A DNA stretch of 64,000 nt from Octopus bimaculoides (Eukaryota), in NCBI RefSeq assembly GCF_001194135.2, contig NC_068988.1, positions 90,380,154-90,444,153 on the forward strand. Reading direction: 5' to 3'. Positions 52,688 to 64,000 of this stretch are shown piece by piece; position 1 is the stretch's first letter, and every line of letters starts with the position of its first letter. A program made the position numbers and the translations under genes. Under the pieces are notes generated by a model. That model worked only from the letters and a program-made list of their open reading frames with translations, ran no database searches and was not told the origin of the DNA.

Positions 52688-53229
52688 TGTTATAATAATT
52701 CATAAATGATACTGGTTTGTCACATAAATTCTTTCGTTTTTGTTTTTTTTTTTGTTTTTTTTTTATCATTTTTAATCATTTAATCATTTCAACTAACGCA
52801 TTTTTAATCATTTGAACTAACACAAAAACTATTTTTATTGTAATGCTTTGTGATTTATGTAGTGCTATTCTTTCGCTACTGCTTTTACTTATCGTTTTTG
52901 AAATTTGAATAAATTTTACCTATTTTCAGATGCTTCATAATGATGAGGTACCAAATAGAGAGACTGAACAAATTTATCGAACAACCCTTAAGAAATACTT
53001 TATTAATTAAAAATAAGTTTAAAGTCAATGGTCTTAAGAAAGACAAACTGTAAATCAAGTTTGTTCATTAAAACACTTTAATTCTTGCATTTTCCTATTC
53101 TTTGGTTGAAAACTATAAATTTTAAAGATTCAATTGCAAATTTTGTCATAATTTTTGAAAATGTCTTTTGTCAGTGATCGGTAGTATTTTTCCTATTACC
53201 ATAATAATAATAATGATAATAATAATAAC

Positions 53230-53283
<54 letters not shown>

Positions 53284-53317
53284 TGTTATTATTGTTATTA
53301 TTATTATTATTATTATT

Positions 53318-54260
53318 TCTTATCGCTGGTTTTTTTAGAACTCCTGACGTCTTGCATGCAACATACGGTACTATGCTATCTTTTCTTTTCAACTATCTAA
53401 TACTTTCCTGATTATTCTAACCGTACCTAGGAGGCAAACCTTTTGTAACGGTTCTACTGGGCACTATATTCCAATTTCCTTGATATTCCTCTTCTTGCCT
53501 TCTAATACTGATCCCAATGACCTAACAATAGTTGGCACTATCTTCACCTTCTTCATTTTTCATAGCCGGGCTATTTCGTACTTAAGAGGGTTGCATTTAT
53601 CTATTTTTTTTTTTGCATTCCTTCTTGACTATTCGTCGGTCAAACGGACATGCAAAATCAACTATTCATCCTATATGGTGCATCTTGTCGACCACCACCA
53701 GGTCTGGTCTGTTATGCTCTTGCACCTGATCTGTTTGCATTGGGAAATCCCAGAGGATTTAGCAAGTCACTGTCACCACTACTCCTTGCGGCTTGTGCTC
53801 ATATCACCTCTTTCCTCTCTCTAGCCCCTATTTTTCGCAAAATTGCCAATGTAGTACTTTCGTTACCTGATCATGTCACCACAACTTGTATTGGTTTGGG
53901 GAAAATCTAGAGCATTCATTTGTGATATTGGCAATGGTTTCATCCACTCTATTACAGATGCGGCACAGTGGAGACACTTTCTCACTCCTCAAGTTGACCC
54001 TCCAGTTCGTGGACAAAGCTTGGTCATGCGCTGCCAGTATAGTGCTCTCGGTCTCTTCTTTTAGTGTTCCTTTCTTCAGCCAATCCCACCGATGTTTTCC
54101 AGCAACTTCTGTTGTGGCTAGATGGAACTGATTGTGTAGGCCCTTCTTGCATAATTCGTCTTCGAGTTCTTTTTGTACTTCTTCCTTGGTTTTTCCTTTT
54201 TTTTTCTGTTTTGAATACTCGCTCGCTGCTAAATGACACTTTACCGCATACCACAATCCA
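53318..54260 (-). mobile_element. RLE-type (R4/Dong-like) LINE 3' ~0.95 kb with (AAT)n tail
   Basis: KGLHNQF..WDWLKKGTLKEETESTILAAHDQALSTN..CRICNRVDETIANITNEC..QYK..HDQV..LQKVCLLGTVRIIRKVLDS*; tail tract at 53190-53317. Confidence 0.92.
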
Positions 54261-57200
54261 ACAAGGTTAGATAGAAAAATACTAAACGTTAATATTAAAA
54301 TACTCCAAAAATTCGTTTGAAAAATGTAAGATTAATCATGGAAACCATACTCATATCGCAATGCAATATTAAAATAAACACGCAAACACAACACATCAAA
54401 AGCTTAACGCGTGGCTACTGGAATGAAAATGCAACGGTCATAAATTTGACTACAACAAACAAATCAACATATCACAGCAGACATTGAAGTTTAACTGTTA
54501 AAGATTTTTGGTGGGAAAGTCTACATGAATTCTGGTATATAACTGGTGTACAAGAAACACAACAGACACCAAACAAATTCAGTTCTTGAAAATGAGACTA
54601 TAAAGCTATGAAAGCGTTGTATATGTGTTTAGAAATTGCATTGTTCAAAATGAACTCTAAATAAATCTAATAAAATATATGAAAAATCTAAATTAAAAAT
54701 ATAATTTGAACACCGTTGTGTATTAATGAAACATATATGTTTGTGCATGTATATATACATGCTTGTATGTATCTGTGTGTATGTATGTATGCATGTATGT
54801 ATGTATGTATGTATGTATCTATGTATGTATGTATGCGTGTATATAGTGCCATACCGTCTTCTATTATATATATGATTATATTTTGCAATTTGAGACCGCT
54901 GAATGTGATTTGTAAAAGTTTTGGCTGATATTTCCACAACAGAGGGATTACGTGCCAAATGCCTCTTCAACATAATTGCACAGTAGTTTCTCTCCACTTT
55001 CACTTCCTCCATCTTCTTCATCCCCGCTCCGTCTTACACTTTCTGTTTCATATCTTGCACACTTATCAATTCGCAATACTTTGTCATTAATGTTTCCCTT
55101 ACCATATCCACATAGAAGACACTCAGATTCCTCTTACTACATTTTAATCTCCACATTTTCATTTGTTAGCTTTCCTTGCTCTATTTTACTATATCTATTC
55201 ACTTATCATGTTTCTATAAATATATTTCTACCTACAATTTAATTTTTTTACATTTTATATAACATATCTATTTAAATTGTCTTCAATTTGTCGGTCTTCA
55301 CACTTGATTTCACTTGTCATAGTTACTAATAAACCAGCAATCATATTAATCGAGTCTCTAAAGTTTTGCCTGTCATACTGCAATAAACAATAGATTCCAG
55401 AAGGTCAATCGGTTCTTTATGTCCATGACCCACAGCTATTTAATGAAAATGTTTGAAAGTAAAAACCATCCAACCAATGATCACGACTCACTGATATATA
55501 CACACGCCTTATAAGCGCTTGTTTTTCTTTTTGAGTGTTTTCAAAATTGTCCCAAGCAACACGCAGGGGCCACTCATAGGCAAAAGGGTGTGAGAAAGGA
55601 GAAGTATTATTAATGTCACAAAATCTGTATACACACATGAATATTTAATTCAGCAAATAAAAGATGCCAATATAATCAATAAATGTTTTAAACAAAATAC
55701 AAAGAGATGATAATAAAAGACCCGATAAAAAGAACTGTCGGTAATAAAATAGGGAGAATTAGATGACAATAGAGGAGCTAATACAACGAAATAAAATGAG
55801 ATAGTAATAAAAATAACCGATAAAAATATTAAAAAGAAAGGAACTGTCTGCATTAAGCAAAGCATTTGTTAACCTTGAATTTAAAAAGACCAAGGTCATA
55901 TTCTATAAGAAATCGATGAGGGTTCACTTTATTTCACAAATCAATTTCATAGTAAAAAGTGTTTCATGTATGAAACTGACGGTGTGTCCGTGTGATACAT
56001 AGAAAGCGCTGATGTGATTCACTAAATTTGGCAAACGAATTTCTGATAAGCAATTATCGACCTCACGGGAGCAGAGAATGAAGTTTCTCTGAATGTCTTA
56101 ATGGTACTTTCAGTAGAAAATGGTCAGATATATTAAATTCCATCGATAGACACGTTGAAATGACAAACAGAGCTGGTTATCAAATAGGCTACGCAGTTGA
56201 TTCTGCATTATGTAAGAAATGGACAGTATATGTCTAGATAGAAGTCTTCATCCAAAAATGTGATCAAACTTTCGAGTGTTTGTGGAGATATAATAAAGCT
56301 TCATGTCTTATGAACTTATTTGAACATCAGAATGAACCCAACAGCCAAATCGCTACCATGATAGCAGGCGTAATTGTGGAGTTTCCTCTCAAACCAGGTA
56401 TGAATTCTAGGCCCAAGAATATATCCAAAGAAGTGCTTCACAAAGCAGTCCGATTCATTAAAATGTACAGAGGAAATTAATTTTACAATGGTGGTTTGTC
56501 CTAGAAGCATTAAATATAATAAAATATAAGTTTTTCTATTATACGATCCCAATTAGATCAATGCAATTTTCTGCTAGGTTCACGTTGTGACATTCTTAAA
56601 GTAATACAGTAAATAGGGCTATTATTATTCTTTGAAGAATTTTATTTCTCTGTCAAGCAAATAGTTTGCAAAGACGAAAGCCCAGCATTGATTTTATAGA
56701 TATAAGAGCACTGACTGTTGACAGCAATATTCAAACTTCTAGTTAGTTATGGTCGCTGAGAAAGACTCTATCATATATATCAATGTCATTAAGTTTATGA
56801 AGCAATCTTGTTTTCCATACTTTGTGAAATATTTGGAGATGTCTAAAACGTTTATCATGTATCATTCATCCAAAACGATCTTTAAATGTAAAACTATAGC
56901 ACAAAACGTACACATAGTTCTGCAAATTAAAGACACTACTCCCAATCCATGCTGTTTGAACATCCTTCAAAACCACATCAATTCACAGAAGTATATTACT
57001 TGTCTTGCCATATAACATTATGCTTCTACTTTGATGCATATGGAGTCATATATCCTTGCAAATTTCATGCTATTGTGGCAAATCCATAGAGCGTTCATGA
57101 AGCAACGATAATACAACGCTAGGTATCTCATTACATATAAGCCAGCTGGAATCCGGGACCAGAATTTTAAAGAATTAAGTTCACATCATTCAGTCATCTC

Positions 57201-58342
57201 GAGATTGGCAGTGCTTCTAGAGCCCGAAATGGCTTCGATGTTATGTCAACAATCATATGTTCAAAACCCGATGAAAAGGATATAAATTACGATTCCCAAA
57301 ACTCAAATTTTTATTTCTTTTCATAAAATCCTTTGACACTTCAAAGACATCCCAGGACAATCTGAAGATTACCTGCCTATGCCTAGGCAATATGCAGGTA
57401 AATACATGTCTAGGAAGACTGTATTTTTGATTAGGTTTTACCGGAAATGATTGTTTATGCTCTTATAACCTTTAAGTAGACACTTTCCCCCAGATTGTAA
57501 AGTTCGTTTTATAGGTTAGTTCTCTCACACCACATATATGGCAGGGAGGTAATAACCACTGGCTTCTCAGCCATGTGATCCTTGATATTCCCCCGCGCAA
57601 TAATATCCATGTTTGTCGTTATGATATGGTCATGAACTCTGGTGAATGACTTTATCTCATGTTCACATATTTTTTCGCAACAGTTTGGGATAAATCCACG
57701 AGAAAATGCCGTAAAATTACACCTAACTAGTCCCTGCAACCCCACACATTACTTTATATATACATGCATATTTATTTTGTCTATGCATTTTAGTCAATGA
57801 GATTGTATCTCATTTATCTATTTTCCATGAATGTGCAAGGCTATCTGGATATCATATTACGGTAGAGTTCATATTCCGACACGTTAAGTGCGGTTATAAA
57901 TGATTCTAATTATGTGTGGTGTGCGTTTATGTATGTGACTGTATGTACGTGCGTGCGTGTATAAGTGAGAGTATGCCAAAGCAAATGATAGTAAGAGATC
58001 AGGTATGAATATATATACATATACATGCCCATATGTTTATAAGCACATGTAGGCACATAATAAAAGTATGCGTCAACAGAATTGTTTTATAAATGTAGAT
58101 ATATGTGTGGGGGGGATAGGTGAATGTATGCACGATAAGGTGTGTTTATGTGTGCGCGTGTGTGTGTGTATATTGTAAGAGAGAGAGAGATTGTGTGTTA
58201 GAAAGTAGGTACAGGTATGTACAAAGATATACATAGTATGTTTTCGTAAATATATGGATACATTTGTATATAATTTCTTCTATTTCTTAATGAGTTCACA
58301 AACAACATTGAAAAAGTTGTACTTGCATCTCGTGTGTGTACA

Positions 58343-58377
<35 letters not shown>

Positions 58378-59070
58378 CGTGTGTGTGTGTGTTTGTGCGT
58401 GTGTGCACAGAGGAGGGAAAAGAGAAAGCGATATTGTATGGGTCATTGAACTGCTAAAACCTATGTGTTACGTCAGCCGTTGCTAGATAACCTCTACACT
58501 GCTATGATTATTAACCGTTCAGAAGAAAAAAACAGCGACTATAGCTTCAGCGAAATGAACAACTAAAAGAACATCAAACGCAAGCAACAGCAACAAAACT
58601 GGCGAAGAGAACAACAACAATTTTAGTGGCAACTATGATAAATGATGGTGCGGCAGAGAGCTCTTTAGTCATTAGAAAGCACATAAGGTGATCACAATCA
58701 ATGCGAATCAGCATGATTACTTTCTTTCATTTGACTGTTTCACCTCTTCCGACCACCTTTTTCTCATCCACCATCACCATCTTGTTATTTTCTGATGTTG
58801 TAGCTGACGTAGTGATTGATTCGCTCAGCATGTGTACACGCATGTTTGTGGACATTTGTGTGTATGCCTATGTATGTGTGTGTTAGTATATGTGTACTTG
58901 TGTTTATTACTGAATGTGTATTGGTGTATGTTCTTTAGGCGTGGAGATTTATATACTTTTGCCGCGTTTCTACACTTTTATGTAACTGTGTGTCGATGCA
59001 TATATGTAAGCATGTATTTGCGTGCCACCTCATTTTCAATTGTGTGTATGCATTATCATACATACATACA

Positions 59071-59101
<31 letters not shown>

Positions 59102-59214
59102 TTGCGTGTGTGTGTGTGTGTATGTATATATGTGCAGACAGGCAGACAAAGATATGAATGTATGTATACACATATGTTTATATTATATATATGCATGTAT
59201 ATATGATTGCTACC

Positions 59215-59494
59215 TAGCTCAGATACCAGGAAACCCCAAAATGGCGTTAATTCAAAAGATAGTTCTCATAAGAACTACTCATGTCCTACGTAAAATACTG
59301 TCTATGTAATCTCAAATTGTGAAACGTTTTTATTTTATTTTTTTTCTTAAACATTCTCTAGATCAATACTATATGCAAAACCAAAGATATAACACCCTGG
59401 GCACCAACATGAACTTCTAATATGTCTCTACGGGTCTCAGGGTGAAACTTGGAATGAACTTGTACAAATACAATGCCGAAGTCAAATATAGTAA

Positions 59495-59500
<6 letters not shown>
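59215..59500 (+). mobile_element. RLE-type LINE extreme 3' end plus UTR
   Basis: QIPGNPKMALIQKIVLIRTTHVLRKILSM*, followed by UTR and (AAC)n(AAT)n. Confidence 0.75.
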
Positions 59501-59915
<415 letters not shown>

Positions 59916-60524
59916 TAACACGTGTACACGTAGGTGTATGTAGCTCAACGCACCTAGTATTACTGCTGGCATCACTGGTACTACTACCATTTATACCATC
60001 AGAGGTCGTAGTACAATGATCGATGACTACCATAACAATCAGTTCTAATACTGCCTCCACAGCCACCACCACTACAACAGTAACCATCAATACCTCCACC
60101 AATACATCCGGTACCATCACAACCCTTACCAATACTTCCGGTACCATTACAACCTCAGCAATACTTCCGTTAGTATCACTACAAACACCACCATCATCAC
60201 AGTTACAATTATCAATATTACCACAGTTACAAACATCGGCATCCCCACCGCCACTAGCCACTACCGTAGGATATGCAAATTTTGCTACTAAAATGTAAGC
60301 TAGAGACAATGAGCTGTCTTTAGAATTGTTTTCCTTTGAAGTTAACCGAAATATCAATCGTATCGATCACGTGGTCTGGTTAATCTGGAAAGATGAAAGA
60401 CGATGGCTGACATCACCAGCCCCATCATACGTTTACCAACCCTGATCTCATATCGCTACCATGATCACCTCCATCGCTTTCAGCTCTCTCTCACCACTGT
60501 ACCCCCTAATACCTCCATTACCAT

Positions 60525-60565
<41 letters not shown>

Positions 60566-60656
60566 TCATCATCGCCATCGACAACACTAGCTCGTAAACT
60601 CTAGTCTTCAGCAAACGTTATCAGTGACGCCACCACCATTAGAGTCATTACATTTA

Positions 60657-60795
60657 CTACCACCACCACTATCACCACCGCTACCACCACCACTATCACC
60701 ACCGCTACCACCACCACTATCACCAGCGCTACCACCACCACTATCACCACCGCTACCACCACCACTATCACCACCGCTACCACCACCGCTACCAC
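60657..60795 (+). repeat. 24-bp minisatellite running into a gap
   Basis: ctaccaccaccactatcaccaccg, about 5.5 copies with one substitution. Confidence 0.9.
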
Positions 60796-61503
60796 NNNNN
60801 NNNNNNNNNNNNNNNNNNNNNNNNNNNNNNNNNNNNNNNNNNNNNNNNNNNNNNNNNNNNNNNNNNNNNNNNNNNNNNNNNNNNNNNNNNNNNNNNNNNN
60901 NNNNNNNNNNNNNNNNNNNNNNNNNNNNNNNNNNNNNNNNNNNNNNNNNNNNNNNNNNNNNNNNNNNNNNNNNNNNNNNNNNNNNNNNNNNNNNNNNNNN
61001 NNNNNNNNNNNNNNNNNNNNNNNNNNNNNNNNNNNNNNNNNNNNNNNNNNNNNNNNNNNNNNNNNNNNNNNNNNNNNNNNNNNNNNNNNNNNNNNNNNNN
61101 NNNNNNNNNNNNNNNNNNNNNNNNNNNNNNNNNNNNNNNNNNNNNNNNNNNNNNNNNNNNNNNNNNNNNNNNNNNNNNNNNNNNNNNNNNNNNNNNNNNN
61201 NNNNNNNNNNNNNNNNNNNNNNNNNNNNNNNNNNNNNNNNNNNNNNNNNNNNNNNNNNNNNNNNNNNNNNNNNNNNNNNNNNNNNNNNNNNNNNNNNNNN
61301 NNNNNNNNNNNNNNNNNNNNNNNNNNNNNNNNNNNNNNNNNNNNNNNNNNNNNNNNNNNNNNNNNNNNNNNNNNNNNNNNNNNNNNNNNNNNNNNNNNNN
61401 NNNNNNNNNNNNNNNNNNNNNNNNNNNNNNNNNNNNNNNNNNNNNNNNNNNNNNNNNNNNNNNNNNNNNNNNNNNNNNNNNNNNNNNNNNNNNNNNNNNN
61501 NNN

Positions 61504-61543
<40 letters not shown>

Positions 61544-61689
61544 TCATCATCATCATCATCGTTTAACGTCCGCTTTCCATGCTATCGTAGCTATCTGCGA
61601 AAAACGAAATTACTTTCTTGCCAATCCAATACGTATATGCAAACACACGCACGCACACACACACACGCACACACACGCACACACACGCA

Positions 61690-61822
61690 CACACACGCGC
61701 AGACACACGGGCTTCTTTCGGTTTTAGTCTACCAAATCCACTCACTAGGCTTTGGTAGACGTGAGGCTTGCCCAAGCTGTCAGGTAATCATGTGGTTGGG
61801 AAGCAAGCTTGCTACCACACAG
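61690..61822 (-). mobile_element. SINE family C 5' part
   Basis: Plus strand: gggcttctttcggttttagtctaccaaatccactcac..cttgcccaag..catgtggttgggaagcaagcttgctaccacacagc. Confidence 0.7.
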
Positions 61823-62372
61823 CTATACCTTTTGTCTACTTACCCTTCATAGATTTCGTTCAACACGTAATTTACCCAGATAAGTGACAGTTTGTAATTT
61901 CCTAAATCTTCAAACATTTTAACTGCTTTCATCTTAGTAACATACTGATTCGATCTTGAGCAATAGCTCCATTATTTCTTTCAGTTACTTACATTTAAAT
62001 TTATCGTTCTCTTTACACTATGATTACCAATTCTAACAGCTACTTGTCTTTAAAACCCGTTTTAAGCATATTAAAGTAACGTAATATATTTTCCACGCGT
62101 TATACATGTAATATGGCAGCCTACTATCTATATCTCGACTTTCTAATTCAAACTCTCATCAACATTTGGCCTTCACTTCGTCCAAGCTACCTTCATTCTG
62201 TTTAATATCTATTGATAATTTCGGGTCATTTCATTTCATTTCAACACTTCGAATATTTTTCTTTGCATATATATNNNNNNNNNNNNNNNNNNNNNNNNNN
62301 NNNNNNNNNNNNNNNNNNNNNNNNNNNNNNNNNNNNNNNNNNNNNNNNNNNNNNNNNNNNNNNNNNNNNNNN

Positions 62373-62408
<36 letters not shown>

Positions 62409-62599
62409 ATACAAAGAATATATATGCATGTATACACACATATATGTACATACTTACATCTACATATGTATATAGATGCATATCAGGGTACAGAACGTTA
62501 GAAAAATGAACTATAAACAACGGAACGAACACATAGGGAAACAGATAGCCACTTGGAATTATTCCTTCATCAGCTGCCTCTATTCTAACTAAGAGTTAG

Positions 62600-62750
62600 G
62601 CGTCTTTCCGTTTCCGTCAACCAAATCCAATCACAATTCATTCGTAGGCCCGGCAATATACTAGAAGACACTTGCCCAGGTTGCCATGTTTTGAGACTTC
62701 GCTCGGAATCGTGTGGTTGAGACTCAAGCTTCTTATCTTTCAGCTATGCT
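62600..62750 (-). mobile_element. SINE family C 5' part, degraded
   Basis: Plus strand: gtttccgtcaaccaaatcc..agaagacacttgcccagg..gtgtggttg..aagcttctta. Confidence 0.65.
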
Positions 62751-63441
62751 TGTGCCTTTTATATAATGATATTAATGTTTATATGAAGATATTAAGTTTC
62801 ATCCTTTCGATTTTCTTTCGTTTCTAAAAATCCTTTGCATTCTACATTCACATTTTCTGCATGCTAAAATAAGATATAACTTGTAAGAATTTTACTTCTG
62901 CTTCCAATTGTATCCAGTATTTAATTTAATCTGATATAATTACTAAACGCCATACATAGCTCTCATATACCGAAAGCCATTACCAACTCTCTTTTCTTTT
63001 TCAGCAATTGCATCTCTCTCTCCCTCTCTCACCCCTATCTATCTATTTATCTATCTCTATCTGTAGAAATATTATACCATTTCCATTAATTACATTCCTT
63101 TGTAACAGTCATCTATTCTGTTTTTTGTTTTTTGTTTTCTTTTTAACTTCATTTGCCTTTTACTTGCATCCTTTTAGCGTAGTATGTTAAGATTTAACCT
63201 TCCTGCCTATTGACGTGATCAACATATAACGAATAGTAAGAGGATCAGAGAGTTAGGAAAAGGGGAATAATTGCCTTAATTAAGACAGCAGAAAATTTAT
63301 CGAATGACTGCTACAGGTATGAGAAAGTAACTTTTAAAATTCTTTAAAAGCTATGGAAGTGAGTGAAAACAGTGAAGTAAAGAAAAATTAATGAATATAT
63401 TTTAGTATATCTATGCTTCATATGGACACACAAGCGGTTAA

Positions 63442-63482
<41 letters not shown>

Positions 63483-63955
63483 AGCTGCTACAGTTACTAC
63501 ACTCTCGTTTCTCCTGCTTACTAGTAAGAAAATTGAGATTTTTTTTAATTGGTTAATGACAGCTGAACATATCTTTTAGTAATTACATAACATCATAAGG
63601 GAACGGATCCAAATGCTGGTAATTTCGCAGAGTACTAACAACAAGAGCAGCAACAATAACAACAAGAATATATATCTAATTATGCATTCTGCACAAAGTT
63701 GTTGCCTTTGGCTATTAATGTCACCTTCACGTACAATCTACATGCAACATGGTCACATTTCATTTGCTGTTAATTGAACACATATTACTGCTTAACGATA
63801 TTCTTCTTACTTGAATGGATAGATAGATAGATAGATAGATAGATAGACTTGTACGTACGTACATACATACATACATTCACACTTGCATATACATATATAT
63901 ACACATATATATGTGTGCGTGAGCGTTTATATGCGAGTGTGAATATAGTGGTTAT

Positions 63956-63997
<42 letters not shown>

Positions 63998-64000
63998 CTA

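Noticed and set aside
52930-52947. Possible 18-nt exon after tattttcag
   Set aside because: Weak donor (gtacca); such AG/GT pairs are frequent by chance in AT-rich DNA.
62548-62582. Minus-strand CUGAUGA-A-GGAA[uaa]UUCC hammerhead-like half
   Set aside because: The required GAAA after stem II is absent (AAGU), so it cannot be called a ribozyme.

Overview
AT-rich eukaryotic genomic DNA with about 19 N-gaps, nearly all flanked by microsatellites, as expected of a short-read assembly. I infer an octopod cephalopod from the SINE families and the very high (TA)n/(CA)n/(AAT)n/(GATA)n load; the sequence does not prove this. I could not identify a cellular protein-coding gene, rRNA, true tRNA gene or CRISPR array, so the window reads as intronic or intergenic. 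Almost all long ORFs in the track are artefacts of N-runs or microsatellites. What is recognisable is mobile-element debris: (1) several tRNA-derived SINE families; (2) about eight fragments of restriction-like-endonuclease (R4/Dong-type) LINEs, mostly adjoining (AAT)n tracts; (3) Penelope-like element (PLE) relics; (4) two Tc1/mariner relics, CR1-like and RTE-like LINE ends, and a TTAA piggyBac-type MITE. The best leads are RNA structures: a well-formed minimal hammerhead ribozyme (22207-22252, minus) downstream of a tRNA-like Pol III head in a PLE 3' region; a retrozyme-like pair of 147-bp direct repeats 493 nt apart, each with a variant hammerhead core (23361-24000); and a ~160-bp-arm inverted repeat (18004-18382). 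All identifications come from reading motifs by eye; no database searches were run.
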